Origin: a virus
Length of the DNA stretch: 64,000 nt
IMG/VR virus record: IMGVR_UViG_3300020156_000448
Span: 1 to 64,000 of that record
Strand: one strand, 5' to 3'
A model generated the notes under the pieces. The model did not search any database. It was given only the letters and a program-made list of their open reading frames with translations, and was not told the DNA's origin. Each line of letters begins with the position of its first letter. The first letter of the stretch is position 1. Position numbers and translations under genes: made by a program. Below, in pieces: positions 26,688 to 36,417 of the stretch.

Positions 26688-27886
26688 TAGTTAGATAGCT
26701 TTCTAGCGTTCTCTTCTATAACAGCATGCGGCTTGCCTTTTTCAAATGAAGCTTCCGTATTGCGTCTTAATTCTCCATTTTTCCAAAGTTCCGATATATT
26801 TTTGGAACCACTATAAGTAAAACTACTACGAAGGGCTGCTAAATATTCAGGAAAAAATTCATAAATACTTGCGCCCACTGGAAGCTCAATGGCTATGCCT
26901 TCAGATGCAACGTGTTTTTTGGTATCGCCATATATTTTGTTTTTCAAAACATTGGATGCCATTCCGTAGTACAGCTTATAATCATATCCATCGCGCTCAA
27001 TTATTTGCGCTGCGCTTTCAGGACAACGTGCAAAAATCTTACCCGCCATAGCACTACTTGCACCTGCAACGAGAGCCTTCATTACATCCCCAGGCTCATT
27101 AATACCGCCATCGCATATAATCGGTATTCCGTATTTTTTGGCTTCTTCGGCACATTCAATGACAGCAGTGATTTGCCCAAAGCCTGCTCCTGTCTTTACT
27201 TGCGTTTGGCATACACCACCATTGCTGACTCCAACTTTAATAGCATCTGCATAAGGCGCTAAATCTCTGACTGCTTGCGCAGTGCATACATTACCAAGTA
27301 TTAACTCCGTCCTCTTGCCGAAAGTATTAAAGAGCGTTTTAAATCTCTTTGCTTGATCAATCATCATAGCTGAATGTCCATGAGCTATGTCAATAACAAT
27401 CGCGTCAATTCGAAAATCAATCACATATCGCTTTAGATTCTCAAAATCTTGCTCTCTGCTGCCACACGAAAGAAGAACTGGAAATCCATTGGACTCAGCT
27501 AGACAAAGTAGTTCTCTGTATTCTTTGTCAAATAAAGCCTCAGAAACAAAAAACCTATGGAGAACACCTGCAATATTGTTCTTCCATAGGTCTTTAATAA
27601 ATGAAGCATTTGTAACACATTCCATATTGGCTGCTACCAAAGGGGAAGGAATCTTTATGTTTCTCGTTAGCTGAGTTTCAAGATTAACTTCTTTTCTTGA
27701 GTAAACATTATTAAACTTAGGAACAATAGAAACATCACTATAGTCTAATGCTGGCTTTTGTATTAAAAGCGCCCCAGCTTTAGTTAATTCTACTTTGCCA
27801 CCTTCTTCGGTGATAATACCTAACTTTATTAACTCATCAAGAAGGTCACTCTTGGACTTGTGCCACGGATACAAAGACATAAACAT
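26687..27886 (-). CDS. IMP dehydrogenase / GMP reductase family enzyme (no CBS domains)
   Basis: IDIAHGHS, GNV, KVGVSNGGVC (catalytic Cys), DGGI...GDVMKAL.AGA, YYGMAS, SEG; GuaB versus GuaC not resolved. Confidence 0.9.
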   Translation of the reverse strand: MFMSLYPWHKSKSDLLDELIKLGIITEEGGKVELTKAGALLIQKPALDYSDVSIVPKFNNVYSRKEVNLETQLTRNIKIPSPLVAANMECVTNASFIKDLWKNNIAGVLHRFFVSEALFDKEYRELLCLAESNGFPVLLSCGSREQDFENLKRYVIDFRIDAIVIDIAHGHSAMMIDQAKRFKTLFNTFGKRTELILGNVCTAQAVRDLAPYADAIKVGVSNGGVCQTQVKTGAGFGQITAVIECAEEAKKYGIPIICDGGINEPGDVMKALVAGASSAMAGKIFARCPESAAQIIERDGYDYKLYYGMASNVLKNKIYGDTKKHVASEGIAIELPVGASIYEFFPEYLAALRSSFTYSGSKNISELWKNGELRRNTEASFEKGKPHAVIEENARKLSN

Positions 27887-27946
27887 TCCTTAATCTAATA
27901 GGGTTTCCTATTTTATATACTCTTAATTAGTGTATATATTTAATAA

Positions 27947-28774
27947 TTAAGCATTTTCAATTAACTTTGCTTCTTCGTCTCTGCGTCTCAACAATCCCTC
28001 AACTTCAGTCCCAACCCACAATCTCTTCATCTTGCGAATTTCAGAAGCTATTGCTTTTAAGTTTCCTTGCGCAACAAAGCCTCTGATCGCCTTCATTTCA
28101 CGGCGGCGTGGAGAGTTATCAATTAGTCCACCACGGTTGAATACCAGGCTTACCAAAGCTCCTTGAGCATCTTTAGGAAGCTTCTCAAGCCCAGGAAAGG
28201 TCTTTAGGGTTGTCTTGTACCACTTAGGCACTGTAACATTAATAAATACATTGTATGCAATATCCCAAGGAATAACAATGTCTTTAACACTTGGAATTAA
28301 CTTCTTCGCTGAAGAAGCCTTTGCTCCAATGCATTTAGCCAAGCGGTTCTTAATATCGTCATCTAGTATTGCCCAGTCGTCATAAAAGGCATTAGTGCTA
28401 TAATAACCTAAATCATAACCCACACCAATTGTAACACCTGATTGATAGCCAGGATAGCTGGGGCGTGCAAGATACTTGGAATAGTAATTCTTGCCGCCTC
28501 CAACTTCGAACTCAATAATAAGTTTTTCGCCTGCTGGAGAAAGTATATCAGAGATGGTTGAAGGTTCAGGCTGCAATTCAGGGTAAAGAGCAGCGAAAGT
28601 CTTTTCGCCAATAATACCATCTGCCTTTAATCCCTTATCTTTTTGAAACGCCTTAACAGCATTTTCCATATCTGAATCAAACTTGGCATCTTCGTATGTC
28701 TCTAGATGACCTAAATCCAAAAGCCTTTGTTTGATTCTCTGAACTTTTAAACTCTCATCTCCCTTCTTATACAT
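27947..28774 (-). CDS. Endolysin: peptidoglycan-binding domain plus lysozyme-like catalytic domain
   Basis: AVKAFQKDKGLKADGIIG (PG-binding 1); EFE...SGVTIGVGYDLG...GLLRRRDEEA; GGGAG RBS. Confidence 0.88.
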   Translation of the reverse strand: MYKKGDESLKVQRIKQRLLDLGHLETYEDAKFDSDMENAVKAFQKDKGLKADGIIGEKTFAALYPELQPEPSTISDILSPAGEKLIIEFEVGGGKNYYSKYLARPSYPGYQSGVTIGVGYDLGYYSTNAFYDDWAILDDDIKNRLAKCIGAKASSAKKLIPSVKDIVIPWDIAYNVFINVTVPKWYKTTLKTFPGLEKLPKDAQGALVSLVFNRGGLIDNSPRRREMKAIRGFVAQGNLKAIASEIRKMKRLWVGTEVEGLLRRRDEEAKLIENA

Positions 28775-28790
28775 TAACTCCCTCCCAGTG

Positions 28791-29483
28791 TTACTTTCCA
28801 AATTTTATATACATATACTCAATCCGTCTTTTCTGCTTTTTGCACCAGAATGAAACTTTTCGTTTTGTGCGCTCTTTCAAAACAAAGAGTGCGTCCTTAG
28901 AGTCTTCATAAACAAAATTCCAATTAAATGGAACTTTGTATTTATTGAGCATTTCTTTATAATTCTTATTAAGATTGATCCTGTCCTGCTTAATTTTCCT
29001 TCTCATTTCCCGAATGATTTTTCTTTCGGCTTTCCCATGCTTTGCTAATTGTTTAGAAAAAGTTCCTATCCAGACTGAATCAGTTGCACGATATATTCTA
29101 CTAGAATCAAAGGTAGGATGCGGAGATGCATGAGTTTCACTTGCATGTCCTGTTATCGGAATAGCATCAAACGATTCTACTTCGTCTACGATCTGATCGT
29201 GTCGCTTAAGCACTCTAGGAATATGATTTACTAGACGTGAATTATCCAAATCCGAAGGAAGCTGGCTGGTCAGCCCTTCAACAAACTCAAAATTTTTGAG
29301 CTTATATATTTCAGAGCGCAATTTAGGTGCACAATATTTAGGATTGTGGTGAAGGTCTTTATACTTGCCCTCATTCTTTAGCGTCTGAATCGTTTCAGAT
29401 TCTGCACTTACAATAGCCTCAATCTGCTTCTCTAACTCGGCAATTCTGGCATTTTTCTTCTTTTCAAACTCTTTTTTGTTCAT
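28791..29483 (-). CDS. Basic hypothetical protein
   Basis: 230-aa ORF with GGAG RBS. Confidence 0.55.
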   Translation of the reverse strand: MNKKEFEKKKNARIAELEKQIEAIVSAESETIQTLKNEGKYKDLHHNPKYCAPKLRSEIYKLKNFEFVEGLTSQLPSDLDNSRLVNHIPRVLKRHDQIVDEVESFDAIPITGHASETHASPHPTFDSSRIYRATDSVWIGTFSKQLAKHGKAERKIIREMRRKIKQDRINLNKNYKEMLNKYKVPFNWNFVYEDSKDALFVLKERTKRKVSFWCKKQKRRIEYMYIKFGK

Positions 29484-29505
29484 TTTTCATTTTCTCCTTT
29501 ACTAC

Positions 29506-29805
29506 TCATTTTTCATTTGTTATTTCTACCTTAGCATTAAGGTAAACCTTATCTCGATTGGGAGATCGCTTCATCTCTTCAATCTTAAAATTTCCGTTCC
29601 CGTGGACGCTTGTTTCAAAAGAAATCCATTCACTATTAATGTTGCGCATAAATAAAAATGTATATAAATCAGCGCTGTTTACACATTGCAAATTCATAAC
29701 TATTTCTTCTTTTTCTGTTACTCGAATATTTATATCCTCAAAGTCCGCGACTAATATTTTTCCATTAAACTGAAGCTTTATTTTTTTATCCCATTTTAAA
29801 GCCAT
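29506..29805 (-). CDS. Hypothetical protein
   Basis: 99-aa ORF. Confidence 0.55.
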   Translation of the reverse strand: MALKWDKKIKLQFNGKILVADFEDINIRVTEKEEIVMNLQCVNSADLYTFLFMRNINSEWISFETSVHGNGNFKIEEMKRSPNRDKVYLNAKVEITNEK

Positions 29806-29816
29806 AAAATATTCCC

Positions 29817-31139
29817 TTATCTTTGGGTTGGTCTTGAATCATCCTTGTACTTGGTCTTCTCGTACTTGCCGTTTAATATACGCTCTATAGTTCTAGCTGC
29901 TTCTTCGGCTGAATGACTAGGATCAAGTTCAATGAGTCTATCTAGTTTTCTTAATTCTTTCAGCATCCCTACAAATTGCTTCTTCCATGAATAGTAGCGA
30001 TCTTTTACTACGTTGGGCAAATCCTCTGGTCGTATTGTTAAAATGCTGTCGCAGCGATCACAACGAGTATTATCTTTCGTTGGCGGATGGAGTTCTAAAT
30101 GATAAGAATACATACATGTAGGGCACCATCTTTTATCTTTTTGGGTCTTAACTTTACCCTGCATGTCGTCATCCAAGTAGACAATACTATCAACATTCAT
30201 AGTAGAAACATGATCTTTACTAACGGGATACCCTTCAAGAACAAATCCATCCAGACTGTCGCTAATCATATGGAATAGAACTTCTAGAAATTTAGGCTTA
30301 AGTTTATCTATATTTTGTTTTAGATACTCGGCTTCTTCATCTTTATAGAAGCCTAATTCAATAGCCTGATTCAACATGCCGCTAATATCTAGATGAGGCA
30401 CATCATAGAAGCTAGCAAGCCGTTTGGCGATGCTGCTACGATGTTCTCCAGGCAACCCTATCAAGCATACTTTTCTTGTCTTTACTGAAGAAGCGGTTAC
30501 AAGATCATTGACTTTTGGTTTGCCTAATTTTGCGCTGGCGGAGGTCGTGTCGTACTGAGTTATATCAAGTCCAGCGTCTGATAGCTCACGAATAATATTT
30601 ACAACCTCTTCGCCTTCAGGATTAAACTTAATTTCAAATCCTTTGGACTCAGCACATGCCACAACTCTATCAACAATCGTAGTATCAAAACCAAAGTTTA
30701 TCAACTCCTCTCTTTTTCTAGTAATTTGATCATTGATAGAGTGTGGTGTGCTTACTTGCAACTGGGAAGAAGCTTCTTTTATTTCTCTTTTCCCCATTAA
30801 AGCCTTTATGAAATCAACTTCACTAAAAGCTTCGTGATAAAAATTTGGATCGGCTTTGAGGACTGCTTCTCTCATTTGCAATTGCATCTCGTAAGGCAAG
30901 TTATGACAACCAGCCTTATCCCAAGCTATGGAATGCTTATCCCCTGCTTTACGAAACTGCCAATAGTAGCGATATGCTCTTCCGAAATCATTAACACTAT
31001 CATCTCCAATATCATTGACATTAAAGTTTGTAGGGTTGATTTCATGCTCTGGTCCACGAATTATATATTGATCAATCGCTTGACCCTTATTGTCGCTCGG
31101 ACTAGCTAGCTTTATTATTTTTTGAAAGAAGTTTGACAT
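29817..31139 (-). CDS. Unknown N-terminal domain fused to an adenylate-kinase-like domain with degenerate P-loop
   Basis: LIGLPGEHRSSIAKRLA, GFVLEGYP, zinc LID CPTC...YH...CDRC, RPED. Confidence 0.8.
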   Translation of the reverse strand: MSNFFQKIIKLASPSDNKGQAIDQYIIRGPEHEINPTNFNVNDIGDDSVNDFGRAYRYYWQFRKAGDKHSIAWDKAGCHNLPYEMQLQMREAVLKADPNFYHEAFSEVDFIKALMGKREIKEASSQLQVSTPHSINDQITRKREELINFGFDTTIVDRVVACAESKGFEIKFNPEGEEVVNIIRELSDAGLDITQYDTTSASAKLGKPKVNDLVTASSVKTRKVCLIGLPGEHRSSIAKRLASFYDVPHLDISGMLNQAIELGFYKDEEAEYLKQNIDKLKPKFLEVLFHMISDSLDGFVLEGYPVSKDHVSTMNVDSIVYLDDDMQGKVKTQKDKRWCPTCMYSYHLELHPPTKDNTRCDRCDSILTIRPEDLPNVVKDRYYSWKKQFVGMLKELRKLDRLIELDPSHSAEEAARTIERILNGKYEKTKYKDDSRPTQR

Positions 31140-31201
31140 ATAGTAACCCCATTATGTATTATTATAATATACGGTTACAGTGTGTCATTATCCTCTTATT
31201 C

Positions 31202-31768
31202 TTAGGTGTCTGATCCCACACCAAAGACATCAAAGAAGTCTGAATTTCCAAATCCGTAACCATAATGGTATCCGTATTGGCTGTCTTCATATCCGTATTC
31301 GTAACCGTACCCATAGGTCGGTTCAGGGTCGGGGTCGGGGTCGGGAAATATCTTCCAATCTGGCTTCTCGTAATCCCAATCTCTTACCTCGCAAAGCTCC
31401 ATAACTTTTTCATTAATGATCTCAATGGCTGTATAATAAATCTGAAATAGAATTGCTTCTCTTTGAGAAACGCTTAATGCTACTTCATCTTCATCAATAC
31501 CAAACTTTTCAAAAGAGCCGTATAACACATACATTAAGATGCTATTTAAGCTTGTATCAAAGTTATCCTTTGGATAGTTGCTTGCAACTAATTTAACTGC
31601 AAGTCTTTGCGCTACGGATAAATCGGTAACATTCTTTAAAATATTACCTAGTGCTCTAGCGTTAAAATCCACCATTGAAATAAACTGCATAGAAGTCTTA
31701 AAGGCATAGAAAATCTTACCTTCAGGACTATCGGGGTCGGCGGTTATAAAGCTGGAAATAAAAGGCAT
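31202..31768 (-). CDS. Hypothetical (possibly virion) protein with PD/GY low-complexity tail
   Basis: PDPDPDPEP then YGYGYEYGY. Confidence 0.6.
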   Translation of the reverse strand: MPFISSFITADPDSPEGKIFYAFKTSMQFISMVDFNARALGNILKNVTDLSVAQRLAVKLVASNYPKDNFDTSLNSILMYVLYGSFEKFGIDEDEVALSVSQREAILFQIYYTAIEIINEKVMELCEVRDWDYEKPDWKIFPDPDPDPEPTYGYGYEYGYEDSQYGYHYGYGFGNSDFFDVFGVGSDT

Positions 31769-32097
31769 TATTCACCCTTTCTTTCCACTTTATCGAGAAT
31801 GATCTTTCCACCCTGTAAGTCAAGCTGCTTAAATCTGATATTTTCAAGACCAGATAGAGAAATTTTATCATTTACTAGTTCAGTTAGTTTAGAATCACGC
31901 TGACCAAAAAATTGAGCAGTGCGAAGAACTTCAAGAACGTGCTTTCCAATAAGCATCTGATAATGATTCATCTCATTATAAAGCTGACCATAAGCTCTGG
32001 ACTCTTCTTCTGTTAAATTAATAAAAGTCTGTTCAACTTCTGGAGCCTGTACAGCTTCCTCGACAATGTTTTCAATTTTGGTAGTTTTTTTCTTCAT
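31768..32097 (-). CDS. Hypothetical coiled-coil protein
   Basis: 109-aa ORF with GGAG RBS. Confidence 0.55.
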   Translation of the reverse strand: MKKKTTKIENIVEEAVQAPEVEQTFINLTEEESRAYGQLYNEMNHYQMLIGKHVLEVLRTAQFFGQRDSKLTELVNDKISLSGLENIRFKQLDLQGGKIILDKVERKGE

Positions 32098-32154
32098 TTT
32101 ACTTAATTCTCCATAGACTAAAGGTTATGTATATAATATACGCAACAAGATTTA

Positions 32155-32892
32155 TTAGGCAAGTTTTTTTAATTTTAAAACGTATTCTTTTTTTATTTCG
32201 GAGTCCATCTTTTGTAATCTTTTTTGAGTACGGATACCTATGTTGAAATCTACTAGTGCCATTTCTGGATTATCACATAAATTATTATACGCTATATGCA
32301 CTGCATCTAAGTCTTGAATATTATCCCAGTTCCATTCATCTAGGTACATATTTAAAATAAGAGTTAATTCTTCCTCATTAAACTCAGGAGTCTCGCCAAT
32401 TTTATTGGCTGTAGAAGACCACCTTTGCTCATGCCTCGCTATAAAATAAGATACTGCTGCTTCATACGGGTCTCTTTCTAGCAATATGAATATTGATTTT
32501 GGAAATAGATCAGACAATTTATCTTTTGTCTCTTGGCTAGACAGACTTCCATAAACCTTATTAAATTGCGACTTATGAACTATCGCTACTGATCCAGGCT
32601 TCCAGACTCTTGCGAGCTTACTTTCTAGCATTTTTATATGCTTTGAGGGATAACCCATATTTTCTGATAATTTTAATGCAGAATAATACTTAAACTTATC
32701 ATGTTTAAAATAGCTCATGATATGATTTTCGAAATAATCTCTTTCATCTTGTGGAATAATAGAGCTATATGTTCGTAAAATCTCATCATGCTTGACATAG
32801 CCGTTTGCTACAAAGATTTCATGAAGCAAATGAGTGCCACATCTAAAATTTGATAAGATCACAACTGATTGCAGCATCTTAAGCCTTGCCAC
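32155..32892 (-). CDS. Sulfotransferase-family (Stf0-like) protein, copy 2
   Basis: ILSNFRCGTH (5'-PSB loop) and LLERDPYEAAVS (3'-PB). Confidence 0.75.
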   Translation of the reverse strand: MARLKMLQSVVILSNFRCGTHLLHEIFVANGYVKHDEILRTYSSIIPQDERDYFENHIMSYFKHDKFKYYSALKLSENMGYPSKHIKMLESKLARVWKPGSVAIVHKSQFNKVYGSLSSQETKDKLSDLFPKSIFILLERDPYEAAVSYFIARHEQRWSSTANKIGETPEFNEEELTLILNMYLDEWNWDNIQDLDAVHIAYNNLCDNPEMALVDFNIGIRTQKRLQKMDSEIKKEYVLKLKKLA

Positions 32893-33601
32893 CTTTGTTT
32901 TTCTTTTCAGTCTTAAATCTTTGTATATATTCGTCTTTTAAAGGGTCGATCTGCTTTTCTACTTGATTTTGCTCAAATAAAGAAAGTCCTAGTCGTGCCA
33001 TAACGTCTTCAGGATTAATTAATAATTCCGAATAGTCAACTACATGGTCCGCTAATTCTTGAGACCAAAGCCAATCACCTTCATATTTAGATACCCATTT
33101 TTGAATTTCCTTCTCATTATATATAGGGGGTTCTTGACGACGCTTTGCCTGATGAGAAAAAAAGCTACGTTCATGACGAGCAAAAAACCATGAGACAGCA
33201 GCTTCGACAGGATCGCGGGTGAGAAGAATAAAAGTAGTATTAGGGAATAGCTCCTTAAGCTTAGCGAGTTCAGCTTCTGGACTAAGTTTTCCGTATAGCA
33301 ACCGACTTTGTATACGATGAAGAATTCCAACCGATCTAGGCTTCCAGACTTCCTGAACCTTTGCTTGCCTATGTTGACGGACGCCTAACTCAACCAGTTT
33401 TTCTTGAATTTGTTCAAAATTCAATCCAGCTTTACGTCCATTTCTGGCGGCTGCTCTTACCTCTTTTCTAACTTCAGGAGACAACAATCGCTGTATTTTG
33501 CCCGTAAACTCATCTTGCATCGTATAACCATTTGCGGCAATAAGTGCATGAAGATAATGAGTGCCACATCTAAAATTTGATAAAATTAAAAAGTTTTCCA
33601 T
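32879..33601 (-). CDS. Sulfotransferase-family (Stf0-like) protein, copy 1
   Basis: ILSNFRCGTH and LLTRDPVEAAVS. Confidence 0.75.
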   Translation of the reverse strand: MENFLILSNFRCGTHYLHALIAANGYTMQDEFTGKIQRLLSPEVRKEVRAAARNGRKAGLNFEQIQEKLVELGVRQHRQAKVQEVWKPRSVGILHRIQSRLLYGKLSPEAELAKLKELFPNTTFILLTRDPVEAAVSWFFARHERSFFSHQAKRRQEPPIYNEKEIQKWVSKYEGDWLWSQELADHVVDYSELLINPEDVMARLGLSLFEQNQVEKQIDPLKDEYIQRFKTEKKNKGGKA

Positions 33602-36408
33602 TATGGATACACCTCGATTAGTCCTAATGCTTCTAAAGCTGCAAGTAAATCTTCCAGAACATCCATAACCTGTAAAGCTGACACACTTGAATATGTTCCG
33701 TAATGATTAACAACCTGTTGCTTGGTAACGGGAGTAGCGCCATAAAATCCTACGCTACTGCCAGATGTTCCAATTCTAGCAGAGCCGTTTACATCTAGTG
33801 TATATGATGGTGAATCAGTACCAATGCCTGTATTACCGTTTTTCATAACCAATGATGTGGGAGCAAAGTTAGTTGTTACAGATGGTGAAGAATAAGCCGT
33901 ATTGGTTGGAGTGATCGTAGTATTTTTAGTGTCTCCTCCAACCATAACTGTGATATGTGCAGTTCCCGCTGTTACTCCTGAAATACGACGAATACGAAAG
34001 TAAGCAGTTGCTAAATTGATTCTAACATCTATTTCAGCATCGTTTCCCGCGTAAGCACCTGTTGTTGATATTGGTAAGCACTTATGCCAAACGCCACTGG
34101 TCCCATTGTATTGAACAGGAACAATATATCTCTTAGATTGAGCAAAAGATGCTGAGTGAGTAGTGTACCAAATTTCAACATTGCTTGAGAAATCCGTATT
34201 TGTTACAGAGCAAAATTCTATAGCGTTAGTTCCTGATGGAACAGTTACTGAGAATGCTTTAGTGAGGAAGTTAGATGCTTTAATTTCTCCATCTGCCCAA
34301 ATAGAATAATGCCCAGTGCCAGGATCATCTACCTTGATTCCATAGCAAACATCTGCTAGGGTAGGAGAGATAACATTAAGAGCAGTTGCCTTAGCTACTG
34401 CTTCATTAGTAGGATAACCTGAGTTATAAGCATAAAAATCATCATCATTTAACTCAACCTGCATACCAATCAGATCAATATCACTGAGATAGTAGTAGTA
34501 TTGAGCCTGAGTATCAATCTTGAATTCTGCTCCTATTTGGATATGATCTCCATAAATAGAATTATAATTACCTTGATCTAAGTTTATAAGGGGATTGTAT
34601 TTAAGACCTGAGCTTAAATTTCCCGTTTCACTTGTCTTTATTAGAAATTCACCGTTTGCAGCACTTAATCCGCCGTTACCCATGTAAATCATGCCATTTG
34701 AGTTAGTATTTAAATGCAATGTAGACGCATCAATTTTCAATGGATTTCCGTATCCCCAAGTAACCAAGTTAGCTACAGCACTAGAAGCTGTAGCATGATA
34801 ATCCCATCTAAACTGTAATTGTCTTTGATTGGATTGTCCTACACCCAAACAGGAACTTGCTGATGTATGTCCGATGATTACAGTAGATGATCCTGTTCCT
34901 GTAGTCATACCAATATTTCCTAAATCATAACCAAATGCAGCAACATATGTAGGAGCAGGGTAAGTAGAGCCTACACCTAATGATGGCATTCTTTGAGGAC
35001 CGTTCGTAAAGGTATTGGCGGAATTTAATATTGCAACACCAGTTAAGCCTGTACCGCTTCCAACAAATGATGGAGCATGCACATCATTGGCAAACATCCA
35101 AGCATCATTATATACATCATCAAAATAAAAAGAACCGGCTAAGCCGCCATAAAAAAATCCGTTAGAAGATGTTATATCAATTCCAGTAATGCTTCCGCTT
35201 GAGATAATGCTAGTTGTTGTTAAAGTCCCTGTGCGTACCGCGCCGCCGAACCATCCTGAATAGTTGTTTGTTCCTATAGTCGGAGCAGCAACATATATAC
35301 CATACACATTTGTTATTGTCCCTGAGCCAGATTTTGCTGGAGCATTGATTAATATACCATAGGCATTTGTCATCGTTCCAAAAGATAGCGAAGCGTCTAT
35401 ATTTACCTCTAAGCCAGTTAGTAATGAAGGATATAATTGAGTTCCCCAGATTTTAATGTCATGATCTACTTCAAAAGGTGCGCCAGCAAGCCAAAACCCG
35501 CTACTGCTATACACTAAACGCTGGTTATCTGTAAAATCCAAGCTAACACTTAGAGCAAATCCGTCATCGCTATTTAATCTAAAGGAGTTGGATGTAGTTC
35601 CTGCATGATCATGAGCTGGAAGATCAGAAGCTTGTATTCCAGAAAATCCAGCCGCTGTAACTATCCCTGAAGTATTAAAATTACCAGTGGTATGATTTAA
35701 ATAAGCTTTTAACGTGTTTCCAGAATCTTGACCTGACCACCATTGAGTATGTAGATCAAATCCAGCACCTAAATAAGTATTTTTTCCAAAGTCAAACGTA
35801 CATTCGGCATCGTATGGAGCGCCAAAGTTTCTATTTAAATCAAATTCTAAAGTGGTTGCATTTGCGTTTATATCAGTGGTGTGCAGCAAACCTGTAATTT
35901 CTACATCAGAATCAATTTGAGTCAAACCCACACCAGTAGGCGATATAGTAATTCTATTACCGAATGAAGTTTCGTTAATAACAAATGATGTCCCTGAGCC
36001 TATTAGTCTCCATTGTTTATTACTGGAAGCGGTGTTTGTCAAATTTATTGTTGGAGTTGCTGCCTGAACCGTTAGTGCCCCACTTAATGTTGTGGCAGCA
36101 GCAGATAGAGAACCAGGAATAGATACGGACTGAGAAGATGTAGCGATTGTAACTGTGCTAGCTGAAAACGCGACTACAGGCACGTTTCCACTACCCATAT
36201 AGATCGTGCCTGAGCCGAGAGTATTTGCATTAATTTTAAATGAGCTATTGGTCGTTCCAGTAATATTTGTCAACCCAGCATTAATTTCCAAATCACCGCC
36301 AGTAATAGAAATATTTCTTGAAGGAGAGTCACCTCCTGCAATAGTATAGCCATCTGCGTTATTTGTATATACTAGATTTTGCCCAACGGCATTTTGTTTA
36401 GAAGCCAT
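33601..36408 (-). CDS. Tail fibre / fibre-like virion protein C
   Basis: G/S/T-rich beta repeats; GNTGIGTDSPSYTLDVNG; C-terminal GFYGATPV...LLAALEALGLI. Confidence 0.8.
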   Translation of the reverse strand: MASKQNAVGQNLVYTNNADGYTIAGGDSPSRNISITGGDLEINAGLTNITGTTNSSFKINANTLGSGTIYMGSGNVPVVAFSASTVTIATSSQSVSIPGSLSAAATTLSGALTVQAATPTINLTNTASSNKQWRLIGSGTSFVINETSFGNRITISPTGVGLTQIDSDVEITGLLHTTDINANATTLEFDLNRNFGAPYDAECTFDFGKNTYLGAGFDLHTQWWSGQDSGNTLKAYLNHTTGNFNTSGIVTAAGFSGIQASDLPAHDHAGTTSNSFRLNSDDGFALSVSLDFTDNQRLVYSSSGFWLAGAPFEVDHDIKIWGTQLYPSLLTGLEVNIDASLSFGTMTNAYGILINAPAKSGSGTITNVYGIYVAAPTIGTNNYSGWFGGAVRTGTLTTTSIISSGSITGIDITSSNGFFYGGLAGSFYFDDVYNDAWMFANDVHAPSFVGSGTGLTGVAILNSANTFTNGPQRMPSLGVGSTYPAPTYVAAFGYDLGNIGMTTGTGSSTVIIGHTSASSCLGVGQSNQRQLQFRWDYHATASSAVANLVTWGYGNPLKIDASTLHLNTNSNGMIYMGNGGLSAANGEFLIKTSETGNLSSGLKYNPLINLDQGNYNSIYGDHIQIGAEFKIDTQAQYYYYLSDIDLIGMQVELNDDDFYAYNSGYPTNEAVAKATALNVISPTLADVCYGIKVDDPGTGHYSIWADGEIKASNFLTKAFSVTVPSGTNAIEFCSVTNTDFSSNVEIWYTTHSASFAQSKRYIVPVQYNGTSGVWHKCLPISTTGAYAGNDAEIDVRINLATAYFRIRRISGVTAGTAHITVMVGGDTKNTTITPTNTAYSSPSVTTNFAPTSLVMKNGNTGIGTDSPSYTLDVNGSARIGTSGSSVGFYGATPVTKQQVVNHYGTYSSVSALQVMDVLEDLLAALEALGLIEVYP

Positions 36409-36417
36409 ATTTCACTC

